32,000 bases of DNA from Methylorubrum extorquens (lineage in GTDB: Bacteria; Pseudomonadota; Alphaproteobacteria; Rhizobiales; Beijerinckiaceae), in NCBI GenBank assembly GCA_900234795.1, contig LT962688.1, positions 3,030,001 through 3,062,000 of the forward strand, written 5' to 3'. Position 1 is the first letter of the stretch. The number at the start of each line of letters is the position of its first letter. Positions 18,199 through 28,148 of the stretch are shown here, one piece after another. The notes beneath the pieces were generated by a model that searched no databases, had not been told where the DNA came from, and saw nothing but the letters and a program-made list of their open reading frames with translations. The position numbers and the translations under genes were made by a program.

Positions 18199-19935
18199 TC
18201 AGGACAGGATGTCTCGGTCCTTGGTCTCGGGGATGAAGATCAGGCCGATCACGAAGGTGAAGAGCGCGATCACGATCGGGTACCAGAGGCCGAAATAGAT
18301 GTCGCCGGTCTGGGCCACCATCGCGAAGGCGGTGGCGGGCAGAAGGCCGCCGAACCAGCCGTTACCGATGTGGTAGGGGAGCGACATCGAGGTGTAGCGG
18401 ATCCGGGTCGGGAACAGCTCCACCAGCGCGGCGGCGATCGGGCCGTAGACCATCGTCACGTAGAGGACGAGGATCGTCAGGATGCCGACGACCGCGAGCT
18501 TCTGACCCGTGAAGATGTCGATCGGGTTCGCGGCCTTGATCACGGTCGGATTGGCTGACGCGGACGGGTAACCCGCCTCGGTCAGCGCCGCCGGCACCGC
18601 CTTAGCGAAGTTTGGATCGGCGACGGGGAAATCCTTGCCCTTGATGCTGACCACGGTCGGCGTACCGGCCGGCTGGTTCTCGGTGGTGTAGTTCACGGCG
18701 GAGCGGGCGAGCAGCGCCTTGGCGACGTCGCACTCCTTAGTGAACTTGGCGGTACCGACCGGATTGAACTGGAACGAGCAATCGTCCTTGTTCGTCTTCA
18801 CCACCACCGGCACGTTCGCCTGGGCCGCGTGCAGGGCCGGGTTGGCCTGGGCGGTCAGCATGTTGAACAGCGGGAAGTAGGTGAGCGCCGCGATCAGGCA
18901 GCCGCCGAGGATGATCGGCTTGCGGCCGATCCGGTCCGAGAGGCTGCCGAAGAACAGGAAGCCGCCGGTGGCCAGAATCAGCGACCAAGCGATCATGATG
19001 TTGGCCGTGAACTGATCGACCTTCAGGATGCTCTGCAGGAAGAACAGCGCGTAGAACTGGCCGGTATACCAGACCACGGCCTGACCGGCGGTGAGGCCGA
19101 GCAGGGCCAGCAGCGCCCACTTGGCGTTCTTCCACTGACCGAAGGCTTCCGAGAGCGGCGCCTTGGAGTGGGTGCCCTCCTCCTTCATCTTCTTGAAGGC
19201 CGGGCTCTCCTGCATCTGCAGGCGGATCCAGACCGAGATGGCGAGCAGCACCACCGAGACGAGGAACGGAATGCGCCAGCCCCAGACCTGGAAGGCCGTC
19301 AGCGTGGTCGTGGTCCCGTCCGCGTTGGTCACCGTGGTCGCGGGATAGGCGCTGTTCACGTAGCCTTGCGTCGAGAGGATGATGATCAGCGAGAGCAGCA
19401 GGCCGAGCGTCGCGGTGGTCTGGATGAAGGCAGTGTAGAAGCCGCGCCGTCCCGCCGGAGCGTGTTCGGCCACATAGACCGCCGCGCCGCCGTACTCGCC
19501 GCCGAGCGCGAGACCCTGGAGCATGCGCAGCGCCAGCAGCGTCACCGGCGCAATCCAGCCGACATTGTAGGCCGCGAGGGTCGTATAGGAGGGCAGCAGG
19601 CCGACCGCGAAGGTCGAGATGCCCATGATCAGGATGGTGACGAGGAAGGTGTACTTACGACCGACCATGTCGCCGAGCCGGCCGAACACCAGTGCGCCGA
19701 ACGGGCGCACAAGGAAGCCTGCGGCGAAGGCCAACAATGCGAAGATGTTGCGGGTCGCCTCCGGGTATGCGGAGAAGAACTGCGCGCCGATGATCGCGGC
19801 GAGCGAGCCGTATAGATAGAAATCGTACCACTCGAAAACGGTCCCGAGCGAGGAGGCCATGATGACCTTCTTCTCACCCGCAGTCATCGGCCTGACTGCG
19901 TCTCCGGACCGCGGTATTGCGGTTGCCCCAGCCAT
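18199..19935 (-). CDS. MFS transporter, metabolite:H+ symporter (MHS) type, with a ~110-aa hydrophilic insertion
   Basis: N-terminus LGTVFEWYDFYLYGSLAA and loop RPFGALVFGRLGDMVGRK are hallmarks of ProP/KgtP-like MHS transporters. GGAGGA lies 9 nt upstream of ATG 19935. 578 aa is long for this family. Confidence 0.9.
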   Translation of the reverse strand: MAGATAIPRSGDAVRPMTAGEKKVIMASSLGTVFEWYDFYLYGSLAAIIGAQFFSAYPEATRNIFALLAFAAGFLVRPFGALVFGRLGDMVGRKYTFLVTILIMGISTFAVGLLPSYTTLAAYNVGWIAPVTLLALRMLQGLALGGEYGGAAVYVAEHAPAGRRGFYTAFIQTTATLGLLLSLIIILSTQGYVNSAYPATTVTNADGTTTTLTAFQVWGWRIPFLVSVVLLAISVWIRLQMQESPAFKKMKEEGTHSKAPLSEAFGQWKNAKWALLALLGLTAGQAVVWYTGQFYALFFLQSILKVDQFTANIMIAWSLILATGGFLFFGSLSDRIGRKPIILGGCLIAALTYFPLFNMLTAQANPALHAAQANVPVVVKTNKDDCSFQFNPVGTAKFTKECDVAKALLARSAVNYTTENQPAGTPTVVSIKGKDFPVADPNFAKAVPAALTEAGYPSASANPTVIKAANPIDIFTGQKLAVVGILTILVLYVTMVYGPIAAALVELFPTRIRYTSMSLPYHIGNGWFGGLLPATAFAMVAQTGDIYFGLWYPIVIALFTFVIGLIFIPETKDRDILS

Positions 19936-20138
19936 CTCTGTCGTTCCTCCAGGTCACACGTGCAGGTCACACGCGCGCGGGCGTCCGGTTCGCCGGCTTC
20001 AACCCGCTCCATGCGCTCGGCGCATGCACACGCATGTGTTACCGCATGCCTTGAAGCTGCCCAATAGGTAAATCGCGGTGCAGGCTGCGTAGTTGACAGA
20101 ATTCGGGCTGCGGTAACGAGCGAAGACTTGGCGGACGC

Positions 20139-20168
20139 AAAAAGGGCGCAGCCTCGTCGGCTGCGCCC
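20139..20168 (-). terminator. Rho-independent terminator after actP
   Basis: On the minus strand: gggcgcagcc-gacga-ggctgcgccc followed by TTTTT, 26 nt after the actP stop codon. Confidence 0.75.
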
Positions 20169-20193
20169 TCTACGGTTGGCCTACGCCCGAGGC

Positions 20194-21879
20194 TCAGTGC
20201 GCGTGGGCGCCCGAGGCTCCGATGCCGGTCTCCGAACGCACGAACTGGGCGTCGAACGCGGCCCGCTCGCGGTCGGCTCGACGGGTCCTGTCGATCTTCG
20301 AGACCGCCCAGATCGTCACGAAGGCCAGCGGCATCGAGAACAGGGCTGGGTTCGCGTAGGGGAACAGGGCCGCCGGATGACCGAAGGTCTTCACCCAGAC
20401 CGCATCGGACAGCACCACCATGACCACCGCCGCCAGGAGTCCGACGAGGCCGCCGATGAGCGCGCCCCAAGTCGTGGTGCCGCGCCAGAGGATCGACATG
20501 GCCAGGACGGGGAAGTTGCAGCTCGCCGCCACGGAAAAGGCGAGCCCGACCATGAAGGCGACGTTCTGGTTCTCGAACACGTAGCCGAGATAGATCGCCA
20601 CGATGCCGATGCCGACGGCGGAGGCCTTGGAGAGGTTCACCTCCGCCCGCTCCGTGGTCCGCCCGCGGGCGAAGACCTGCGCGTAGAGGTCGTGGCTGAT
20701 CGCCGAGGCGCCGGCGAGCGTCAGGCCCGCCACCACCGCGAGGATCGTCGCGAAGGCCACCGCCGAGATGAACCCGAGGAAGTACGGTCCACCCACCGCG
20801 TTGGCGAGGTTCACGGCCACCATGTTGGTGCCGCCGACCATGTCCTTGATCTTGTCGTAGGTCGTGCCGTCCGCGCCGAGCTTGAAGTAGCTCGGGTCGG
20901 ACATCAGCAGGGCGATGCCGCCGAAGCCGATGATGAAGGTGAGGATGTAGAAGTAGCCGATCAGGCCGGTGGCGTAGAACACCGACTTACGCGCGGCCTG
21001 GGCGTCCGACACCGTGAAGAAGCGCATCAGGATGTGCGGCAGGCCCGCGGTGCCGAACATCAGGCCAACGCCGAGCGAGAGCGAGTCGATCGGGTTCGAG
21101 ACGAGGCCGCCGGGCGCCATGATGGCGTCGCCCTTCGGATGGGTCTGCACGGCGGTCGCGAACAGCTTTTCCGGGCTGAAGCCGTACTTGTAGAGCACGG
21201 CGCCGGCCATGAAGGTCGCGCCGCCGAGCAGCAGGCAGGCCTTGATGACCTGCACCCAGGTCGTCGCCTTCATGCCGCCGAAGGCGACGTAGATGATCAT
21301 CAGCGCGCCGACGATCACCACCGCGTAGAGGTAGGGCAGGCCGAACAGGAGCTGGATCAGCTTCCCCGCGCCGACCATCTGCGCGATCAGGTAGAATGCC
21401 ACCACGACGAGGGTGCCGGTCGCCGAGATGATGCGGATCGAGGTCTGGTCGAGGCGGAAGCTCGCCACGTCGGCGAAGGTGAACTTGCCGAGGTTGCGCA
21501 GACGCTCGGCGATCAGGAACAGCACGATCGGCCAGCCGACGAGGAAGCCCGTCGAGTAGATGAGGCCGTCAAAGCCCGAGGAATAGACGAGCCCCGAGAT
21601 GCCGAGGAAGGATGCCGCCGACATGTAGTCGCCGGCGATCGCCAGGGCGTTCGTGCGCGCCGAGATGCCGCCGCCGGCCGCGTAGAAGTCGGCCGCCGAC
21701 TTCGAACCCTTCGCCGCCCGGTAGGTGATGCCGAGGGTGAACAGGACGAAGAACAGGAACATGAAGATCGCAGGCCAGTTCGTGGCCTGCTGCTGCACGG
21801 CGCCGAGATCCGGCCCGGCTGCGAACGCCGGGGTCGCGCCGACAAGGGCGGCGCCGAGAAGGGGGACGAGGCGGATCAT
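20194..21879 (-). CDS. actP: cation/acetate symporter (sodium:solute symporter family)
   Basis: 561 aa with SSS-family sequence throughout ([29 protein letters not shown] ...). It sits directly after a DUF485 gene and near acs, the classic acs-yjcH-actP arrangement. Confidence 0.93.
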   Translation of the reverse strand: MIRLVPLLGAALVGATPAFAAGPDLGAVQQQATNWPAIFMFLFFVLFTLGITYRAAKGSKSAADFYAAGGGISARTNALAIAGDYMSAASFLGISGLVYSSGFDGLIYSTGFLVGWPIVLFLIAERLRNLGKFTFADVASFRLDQTSIRIISATGTLVVVAFYLIAQMVGAGKLIQLLFGLPYLYAVVIVGALMIIYVAFGGMKATTWVQVIKACLLLGGATFMAGAVLYKYGFSPEKLFATAVQTHPKGDAIMAPGGLVSNPIDSLSLGVGLMFGTAGLPHILMRFFTVSDAQAARKSVFYATGLIGYFYILTFIIGFGGIALLMSDPSYFKLGADGTTYDKIKDMVGGTNMVAVNLANAVGGPYFLGFISAVAFATILAVVAGLTLAGASAISHDLYAQVFARGRTTERAEVNLSKASAVGIGIVAIYLGYVFENQNVAFMVGLAFSVAASCNFPVLAMSILWRGTTTWGALIGGLVGLLAAVVMVVLSDAVWVKTFGHPAALFPYANPALFSMPLAFVTIWAVSKIDRTRRADRERAAFDAQFVRSETGIGASGAHAH

Positions 21880-22262
21880 TTCGCGAGGCTCCGGATGAGG
21901 TCGGCCGAGAGCCGGTCGTAGCGGGTGTTGGCGCGGGCGACGTAGATCCCCGTCAGCACGAAGGCGAAGACGATGACGAACATGCCCATGTAGAAGCCGA
22001 GCGACCCCGTGCCGCCGACCTTGGTGGCGAGCAGCGCCTTGTCGAAGGCGATGAGGCCGATGAAGCCGAAATAGACGAACAGCATCAGGCCGGTGAGGAT
22101 CCAGCCGAAGCGTGTGCGTTCGTGCACCAAGGTCTTGAAGGTCGGGTGCTCGGCGATGCGGTCGAGCCGGTGATCGGGCTCGGGCATGTCGAGGGCTCCT
22201 GCCCCATGGAGCGAGCGGGCGTCCGACGTCGCGGATGGTCCCACCGTCTGGATGGTGCTCAT
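21876..22262 (-). CDS. yjcH: DUF485 (YjcH-like) inner-membrane protein
   Basis: [35 protein letters not shown], with two TM helices. GGAGGAG RBS upstream. Its stop codon overlaps the actP start in an ATGA (21876-21879). Confidence 0.85.
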   Translation of the reverse strand: MSTIQTVGPSATSDARSLHGAGALDMPEPDHRLDRIAEHPTFKTLVHERTRFGWILTGLMLFVYFGFIGLIAFDKALLATKVGGTGSLGFYMGMFVIVFAFVLTGIYVARANTRYDRLSADLIRSLAK

Positions 22263-22434
22263 GAATCTCCTCCGGCGCGATCGTGGCCCCGCGCGGCGAG
22301 GGCTGGGATCGGCAGCTTATTCTTTAAGGACGACAATCAGGGCGCTGGCGCTCGCCCCGTCAGGACCCGCGACCGGCGCGTCGGAAGCGGACGCCCGGCA
22401 CGCCGGTTTCCGGCAAAAGTCGTTGTGTGAAACG

Positions 22435-22461
22435 GCTCCGGCCGCGCGAGACGGCCGGAGC
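22435..22461 (-). terminator. stem-loop just downstream of acs (possible terminator or attenuator before yjcH-actP)
   Basis: gctccggccg-cgcgaga-cggccggagc, a 10-bp stem. On the minus strand it is followed by cgtttcacacaacgactttt. Confidence 0.4.
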
Positions 22462-22473
22462 GGTCGGCACCGC

Positions 22474-24423
22474 TCAGGCCGAGCGGTTCTGGCGGTTCTC
22501 GATCAGGTCATCGACCACGGCCGGCTCGGCCAGGGTCGAGGTATCGCCGAGCGAGCCGAAATCGTCCTCGGCAATCTTACGCAGGATGCGGCGCATGATC
22601 TTGCCGGAGCGGGTCTTCGGCAGCCCCGGCGCGAACTGGAGCAGATCGGGCGAGGCGATCGGGCCGATATCCTTGCGGACCCAGGTGACCAGCTCCTTGC
22701 GCAGCTCGTCCGTGCCCTCCTCACCCTCGTTGAGGGTGACGTAGGCGTAAATGCCCTGGCCCTTCACGTTGTGCGGATAGCCGACGACCGCCGCTTCCGA
22801 GACCTTCGGATGGGCGACGAGGGAGGATTCGACCTCCGCCGTACCCATGCGGTGTCCGGAGACGTTGATGACGTCGTCCACGCGGCCGGTGATCCAGTAA
22901 TAGCCGTCCGCGTCGCGCCGGGCCCCATCGCCGGTGAAGTAGAGATCCTTGTAGGTCGAGAAGTAGGTCTGCTCGAAGCGCTCGTGGTCGCCGTAGACCG
23001 TGCGCATCTGGCCGGGCCAACTGTCCTTGATGCAGAGGTTGCCCTCACAGGCGCCGTCGAGGATCTTCCCCTCGGCATCGACCATCACCGGCTGCACGCC
23101 GAAGAACGGAAGCGTGGCGGAGCCGGGCTTCAGCCGCGTCGCCCCCGGCAGCGGGGTGATGAGGATGCCGCCGGTCTCGGTCTGCCACCACGTATCGACG
23201 ATCGGGCAGCGGGAATCACCAACGACACGGTAGTACCAGTCCCAGGCTTCCGGGTTGATCGGCTCGCCGACCGAACCCAGCACCCGCAGGGATTGGCGCG
23301 AGGTCTTCTTCACCGGACCCTCGCCGCCGCCCATGAGCGAGCGGATCGCGGTCGGCGCGGTGTAGAAGATGTTGACCTTGTGCTTGTCGATCACCTCCCA
23401 GAAGCGGGAATTCGACGGATAGGTGGGGATGCCCTCGAACATCAGCGTGGTCGCGCCGTTCGCGAGCGGACCGTAGACGATGTAGCTGTGCCCCGTGACC
23501 CAGCCCACATCGGCCGTGCACCAGTAGACGTCGCCTTCGTGGTAATCGAAGACGTATTGGTGGGTCATCGAAGCGTAGACGAGGTAGCCGCCGGTGGTGT
23601 GCACCACGCCCTTCGGCTGGCCGGTCGAGCCCGACGTGTAGAGGATGAAGAGCGGGTGCTCGGCCTCGACAGCCTCCGCCGGGCATTCGTCGGTCACCTG
23701 CTCGGCGGCCTCGTGGTAATAGACGTCGCGGCCCGGCTCCATTGCCACGTTGCCGCCCGTGCGCTTCACCACGATCACGTGGTCTACGAGATCCTTGTCG
23801 AGGCGCTTGATCGCCTCGTCCACGTTGGCCTTGAGTGGCACCTTGCGACCGCCGCGCAGGCCCTCGTCGGCCGTGATGACGAGTTTCGAGCCGCAGCCCT
23901 TGATCCGGCTCGCCAGCGAGTCGGGCGAGAAGCCGCCGAAGACGATGGCGTGGATGGCGCCGAGACGCGCGCAGGCCAACATCGCGTAGGCAGCCTCGGG
24001 GATCATCGGAAGGTAAAGCGTGACGCGGTCACCCTTGCCGACGCCGCGATTGCGCAGAACGTTGGCCATCCGGCACACTTCGGCGTGCAACTGCCGGTAG
24101 GTGATGTGCTTCGACTCGTTGGGATCGTCGCCCTCCCAGATGATCGCGGTCTGGTCGCCGCGGGTCGCGAGGTGACGGTCAATGCAGTTTAGCGCGACGT
24201 TGGTCTTGCCGTCCTCGAACCATTTGATCGATACGTCACCCGGCGCAAAGCTCGTATTCTTGACTTTGCTGAACGGCGTCGACCAATCGATCCGCCTGCC
24301 ATGCTCGCCCCAGAACGTCTCAGGATCAGAAACGGAGGCCTCGTACATTTCCTTGTACTTGGCTTCGTCGATCAGAGCCCGGTCCCGCCAGGCATCTTGA
24401 ACGTCGATGACCTTCTCGCTCAT
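22474..24423 (-). CDS. acs: acetyl-CoA synthetase
   Basis: 649 aa. [52 protein letters not shown] and C-terminal [17 protein letters not shown] are canonical Acs motifs. Confidence 0.98.
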   Translation of the reverse strand: MSEKVIDVQDAWRDRALIDEAKYKEMYEASVSDPETFWGEHGRRIDWSTPFSKVKNTSFAPGDVSIKWFEDGKTNVALNCIDRHLATRGDQTAIIWEGDDPNESKHITYRQLHAEVCRMANVLRNRGVGKGDRVTLYLPMIPEAAYAMLACARLGAIHAIVFGGFSPDSLASRIKGCGSKLVITADEGLRGGRKVPLKANVDEAIKRLDKDLVDHVIVVKRTGGNVAMEPGRDVYYHEAAEQVTDECPAEAVEAEHPLFILYTSGSTGQPKGVVHTTGGYLVYASMTHQYVFDYHEGDVYWCTADVGWVTGHSYIVYGPLANGATTLMFEGIPTYPSNSRFWEVIDKHKVNIFYTAPTAIRSLMGGGEGPVKKTSRQSLRVLGSVGEPINPEAWDWYYRVVGDSRCPIVDTWWQTETGGILITPLPGATRLKPGSATLPFFGVQPVMVDAEGKILDGACEGNLCIKDSWPGQMRTVYGDHERFEQTYFSTYKDLYFTGDGARRDADGYYWITGRVDDVINVSGHRMGTAEVESSLVAHPKVSEAAVVGYPHNVKGQGIYAYVTLNEGEEGTDELRKELVTWVRKDIGPIASPDLLQFAPGLPKTRSGKIMRRILRKIAEDDFGSLGDTSTLAEPAVVDDLIENRQNRSA

Positions 24424-24682
24424 TTGGTTTCTTCCCTGCCGGTGCCCGATCGTATCGCGAAGGTCCGCGCAGCCGGGGCTTCCTCAGAACTCTTAAGCGC
24501 ACATGAATACACCCGGCAAGCACCAAAAAGTCGAGGTCGGCAGTTTTGCGCAATCGAGTTGCACAGTAATTCATTGGAGGCGTCGCGCACACTGACGGTC
24601 TTCCGGAAAAAGTCCGGGAAACGCTTGTCGTATCATGGGAATTGGGCGGGCGCCGCCGTGGTTCCCACCGGCGCGATGTCGG

Positions 24683-27283
24683 TCAGGCGGCTGGAAACAG
24701 CATCTCGACGAGGGTGCCTTCGTCCTTGCGGCTGCTGATGCGGAACCGTCCGCGATTGGCCTCGACGAGCGCCTTGGTCAGCGTCAGGCCGAACCCCTTC
24801 TCGTCCTCCTCCGGAACAGCGCCGAGATCGGCCCCGAACGGCTCGAGTGCGCTCATCAGCTCGTCCTCGGTCATCCCGGTGCCGGTGTCGCGCACACGCA
24901 GGGCGACCTCTCCCTGCTCGGCGAGCGTGGTCGAGACGATTACCTGTCCGCCGGCCTCCGTCACGCGGATCGCGTTTCCGAGCACGGTCAGCGCCGCCTG
25001 CCGGATCGAACGCTCGTCCGCCTTCATCGCCGGCAGATTGGGGGCGAGGCTGGTGCGCAGGACGATGCGGTCACGCGCCGCCTGGGGCTGCTGCACGGCG
25101 ATGCAGGAGGCGACCAGCTCGTTCAGCGCAAGGTCGGCGAAGGTGAGCTTGCCACGGCCGGCCTGAATCTCGGCGAGATCCCGCAAGTCGTCGATCAGGC
25201 CAGCGATCCGGCCGCCGGAGAGACGCACCTCGCGAAGATAGGCCTCCAGGCGCTCCGCATCCGCCCGGTCAAAGCGGTCGGAGAGCATCATGTCGGTGAG
25301 GCCGAGGATCGCGTTGAGCGACGGGCGGATCTCGCGGCTGACCCGCGCGAGCGCGTTGGCCTTCCAGACACCCTCCGCCTCGGGCTCGCTCCGCCGCGCG
25401 ACCTCCGCGACCGGAGCCGGAGGCGCCACGTCCTCATCGCGGATCTCGCGCAGGCTGGCACAATAGCCCGGTGCATCCTCCCCGAGCAGCCGGGCAATGC
25501 GCAGGCGCAACGCCGCCGCCCCGGTGCGCACGGTGACGCCGTGGACCTCGCTCGTCCCCGAGCGGCGGGAATCGGTGACGGCGGTCTCCAGCGCCGACAG
25601 GCTCTCGGGCGCGAACAGGTCGGCAAAGCGACCGCCCACGACCTCCTTGGGATGGGCATGGACGAGTTCGGCAGCGCTCGGATTCAGGCCGACGACGCGG
25701 CCCTCGGCATCGAGCGTGACGACGCCGTCCTCCAGACTGTCCAGCACCTTTTCCGCCCGCAGCCGCGCGGCATTGGCCGGAACAGCCGGGAGTTGGATAT
25801 CGCCGGCAGCGGGCATGGCGCGCGCAAGGCAGATTTCGGCCTGCGCTCCCTCCCAGACGAGGCCGGCCCGATCGACGAGAAGCGCCACCGTGCCGCCCTC
25901 GGGCCGCGCGAAGGGCACCGGCCCGATGATCTCCCGATCCCTGGGCGGCAGCCCGCGGAAGAGATGCGCGAGACCCGCCTGACGCAGGGCCGGCAGATCC
26001 GCGTAGCCGGTGAGATCGAGGAAGGTGCGGCTGGCGAACAGCATCTCGCTGCCGCGGTAGACGAGCACGCCGAGAGGCAAGCTCTCGAGCAGCTCGGTGA
26101 GTGCGAGCCGCGCGCGCGTCTCAGCCTCCGAAAGGCGGCCCTGCGGGATCGGAAAGGGCATCACCGAGCCGCTCGGCGCGGATTCGGCGCGCGCGGGCAT
26201 CGGCGCCGCGTCGTCCCCGTCTTCGTCGGGGGCGAACCGCAATCCGAGGACGCGCGCGACCTCGCGGAAGGCGGCATGCTCGTTCACCGACAGGCCGGAT
26301 TCGGCCTCCGTCTCATCGACCGGGGCCTCCTCCTGCAGGTTCTCCGGTCCGTCTTCCTCATCCTCGACCGCGCTCTCCATCACACGGGCGTGACGCTCGC
26401 CGAGGATCGCGAAGCCGCCGAACCCGGAGAAATCGTCGGTCGAACGGCCCGCAGGAGCGCCCGAGATTTCGAGCGCGTGCTCGAAGGCACGTCCGCGCAC
26501 CAGCAGCGGCAGGGTCCGAAACGTGCGCCGGCCCGCGAGCGCTTCCGTCAGCGCCGCGCCCTCGATCACACCGTCGGCGGCGAGCATGGCCCAGGAGCGG
26601 CCGGACAGGGCTTCGGCGAGATCGGGATGGGTGCGCGAGACATGGGTCAGCACGCCATCGGCATCGCTGCGCCAGATCACACGGAGCGGCAGTTCCGCCG
26701 TTTCCACTTCCGGCGCCGGGGATGGCACCGGGGAAGGCGACGAGGCCTCGGACTTCGCGACATCCGGGCCCGAATCCGCCGGGGGCGGGTCGGCCTTGGC
26801 CGGGCCGCTGTCGAACGGCCGCAAGGCCGGCAAGGATCCGATCGGAGCAAGGAGCAGGACCGAATGCCCCTCGTCGATCTCGACCCGCGCGGCAAGGGCG
26901 ACCACGGGCGGCGCGACACCGCGGGGATCGAAGCGCAAGCGGATCATGCGGGGCCGCGCGCCCAGGGCACCGGCGCGGCGGATCTGCTCGGACAGGCGAA
27001 GAGCCGCGAGAACGGTGCCGTCCGAACCGGCGACGCCCGCCCGCAGCGGGAGCGCCGCACCGACGGCGTAGAGGATGCGCTCGGCGGCCTCGTCGAGAAC
27101 GAGCAGAGCGCTGCCCTCGCGAACGAGATGCGCGATCGATGCGTCGTCTCTCCAGCGCGCCAACGCGTCACGAATCGCCGCATCGTCGCCCAGATAGGAA
27201 GCCTGCACTGCGCGGTCCGACATCCGAACCCTGGTCATGAACCCCTTCATCGCCCTGTCGCCGGTCGTTCGGGGCATGAACAC
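24683..27283 (-). CDS. PAS-domain sensor histidine-kinase-like protein with a degenerate H-box (Arg in place of the phospho-accepting His)
   Basis: C-terminal DHp/CA module: H-box-like VSREIRPSLNAILG, N-box LTVLGNAIRVT, G1 RVRDTGTGM, G2 GFGLTLTKALVE. PAS-like segments lie upstream. The start is uncertain: GTG 27283, or ATGs at 27277, 27250, 27238 or 27223. Confidence 0.88.
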   Translation of the reverse strand: MFMPRTTGDRAMKGFMTRVRMSDRAVQASYLGDDAAIRDALARWRDDASIAHLVREGSALLVLDEAAERILYAVGAALPLRAGVAGSDGTVLAALRLSEQIRRAGALGARPRMIRLRFDPRGVAPPVVALAARVEIDEGHSVLLLAPIGSLPALRPFDSGPAKADPPPADSGPDVAKSEASSPSPVPSPAPEVETAELPLRVIWRSDADGVLTHVSRTHPDLAEALSGRSWAMLAADGVIEGAALTEALAGRRTFRTLPLLVRGRAFEHALEISGAPAGRSTDDFSGFGGFAILGERHARVMESAVEDEEDGPENLQEEAPVDETEAESGLSVNEHAAFREVARVLGLRFAPDEDGDDAAPMPARAESAPSGSVMPFPIPQGRLSEAETRARLALTELLESLPLGVLVYRGSEMLFASRTFLDLTGYADLPALRQAGLAHLFRGLPPRDREIIGPVPFARPEGGTVALLVDRAGLVWEGAQAEICLARAMPAAGDIQLPAVPANAARLRAEKVLDSLEDGVVTLDAEGRVVGLNPSAAELVHAHPKEVVGGRFADLFAPESLSALETAVTDSRRSGTSEVHGVTVRTGAAALRLRIARLLGEDAPGYCASLREIRDEDVAPPAPVAEVARRSEPEAEGVWKANALARVSREIRPSLNAILGLTDMMLSDRFDRADAERLEAYLREVRLSGGRIAGLIDDLRDLAEIQAGRGKLTFADLALNELVASCIAVQQPQAARDRIVLRTSLAPNLPAMKADERSIRQAALTVLGNAIRVTEAGGQVIVSTTLAEQGEVALRVRDTGTGMTEDELMSALEPFGADLGAVPEEDEKGFGLTLTKALVEANRGRFRISSRKDEGTLVEMLFPAA

Positions 27284-27404
27284 CTGAGCCCTGTGTAACT
27301 TAACTGCGGCCAGACGTGGACACTGAAGCCTGCCGCCACACGTTTATCAACTGGTAACCTCAATTGGTCCCCCGGGGCTGGAAAAAAGGTTACCCCTGCG
27401 CTAT

Positions 27405-27432
27405 TGTGCAGTGCACATTGTGCGCCGCACAA
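27405..27432 (+). promoter_or_regulatory. two abutting palindromic operator-like sites upstream of the phasin gene
   Basis: TGTGCA-g-TGCACA (27405-27417) is followed immediately by TTGTGCG-c-CGCACAA (27418-27432). Both are perfect palindromes and end 33 nt before the phasin GTG start. Confidence 0.45.
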
Positions 27433-27464
27433 CGAGCGCCCGATGCCAACATGAGGAGAGAGAC

Positions 27465-27941
27465 GTGACAAACACTCCGAACTACGAAGTCCCGACCGAG
27501 ATGCGCGACTTCGCCGAGAAGAGCGTCGAGCAGGCCCGCAAGGCGTTCGATTCGTTCATCGGCGCGGCCCGCCGCACCGCCGACACCGTCCAGGGCTCGA
27601 CCGACCTCGCCCGCAGCAACGCCACCAGCATCTCCTCGCGCGGCTTCGAGTACGCTGAGCAGAACGTCAACGCCGCGTTCGACCTGGCGCAGAAGCTCGT
27701 GCGCTCGCGCGATGTCCAGGAGGCCATGCAACACCAGGCGGAGTTCGTGCGCGCGCAGTTCGCGGCGATTCAGGCGCAGGCCAAGGAGTTCGGTGGCCTC
27801 GCACAGAGCGCGTTTCAGCAGAGCGCCGAGAACGCCAAGAGCGTCATGCAGCAGGGTGCCGCCGACGCTCGCCAAGCCTACGAGCAGGGCGTCGAGACGG
27901 CCCGCGAGAATGCCAACGACGCGCAGAAGTCTTCTTCCTGA
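27465..27941 (+). CDS. phaP: phasin family protein (PHB granule-associated)
   Basis: 158 aa from GTG 27465 (AGGAGA RBS upstream). PTEMRDFAEKSVEQARKAFDSFIGAA ... SRGFEYAEQNVNAAFDLAQKLVRSRDVQEAMQHQAEFVRAQF is typical of alphaproteobacterial phasins. Confidence 0.9.
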   Translation: MTNTPNYEVPTEMRDFAEKSVEQARKAFDSFIGAARRTADTVQGSTDLARSNATSISSRGFEYAEQNVNAAFDLAQKLVRSRDVQEAMQHQAEFVRAQFAAIQAQAKEFGGLAQSAFQQSAENAKSVMQQGAADARQAYEQGVETARENANDAQKSSS

Positions 27942-27980
27942 CGCACCCTCCGCACGACAGTTCGGATGGCACGTAAGGCC

Positions 27981-28020
27981 GACGGCCCGCTCCCAACGGA
28001 GTGGGCCGTCCTCGTTTCGG
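27981..28020 (+). terminator. stem-loop with a weak T-containing tail after the phasin gene
   Basis: gacggcccgctcc-caac-ggagtgggccgtc (13-bp stem with one G-U pair) followed by ctcgtttcgg. Confidence 0.5.
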
Positions 28021-28148
28021 GCTTCCTCCCTCTGGTTTCATCCAGAAAGGCGGTCTCCCGCTCCGCCTCTTTTCCGCCGCCGGGGCACCGCAAGGCTCCC
28101 CGCCTCGCCGGCTCCGTGTGAGGCGGCCCAGCGGAGGTTTTGGACACG

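Noticed and set aside
20128-21921. 597-aa ORF on the plus strand
   Set aside because: Antisense to actP. The translation is dominated by Arg/Asp/Glu/Gly/His with no hydrophobic core.
22186-24192. 668-aa ORF on the plus strand
   Set aside because: Antisense to acs, which is identified with near certainty. No motifs.
24635-27298. 887-aa ORF on the plus strand
   Set aside because: Antisense shadow of the PAS kinase-like gene, with low-complexity Arg/Gly/Ala-rich translation. ORFs 26101..27240, 24642..25166 and 25497..25982 are rejected for the same reason.
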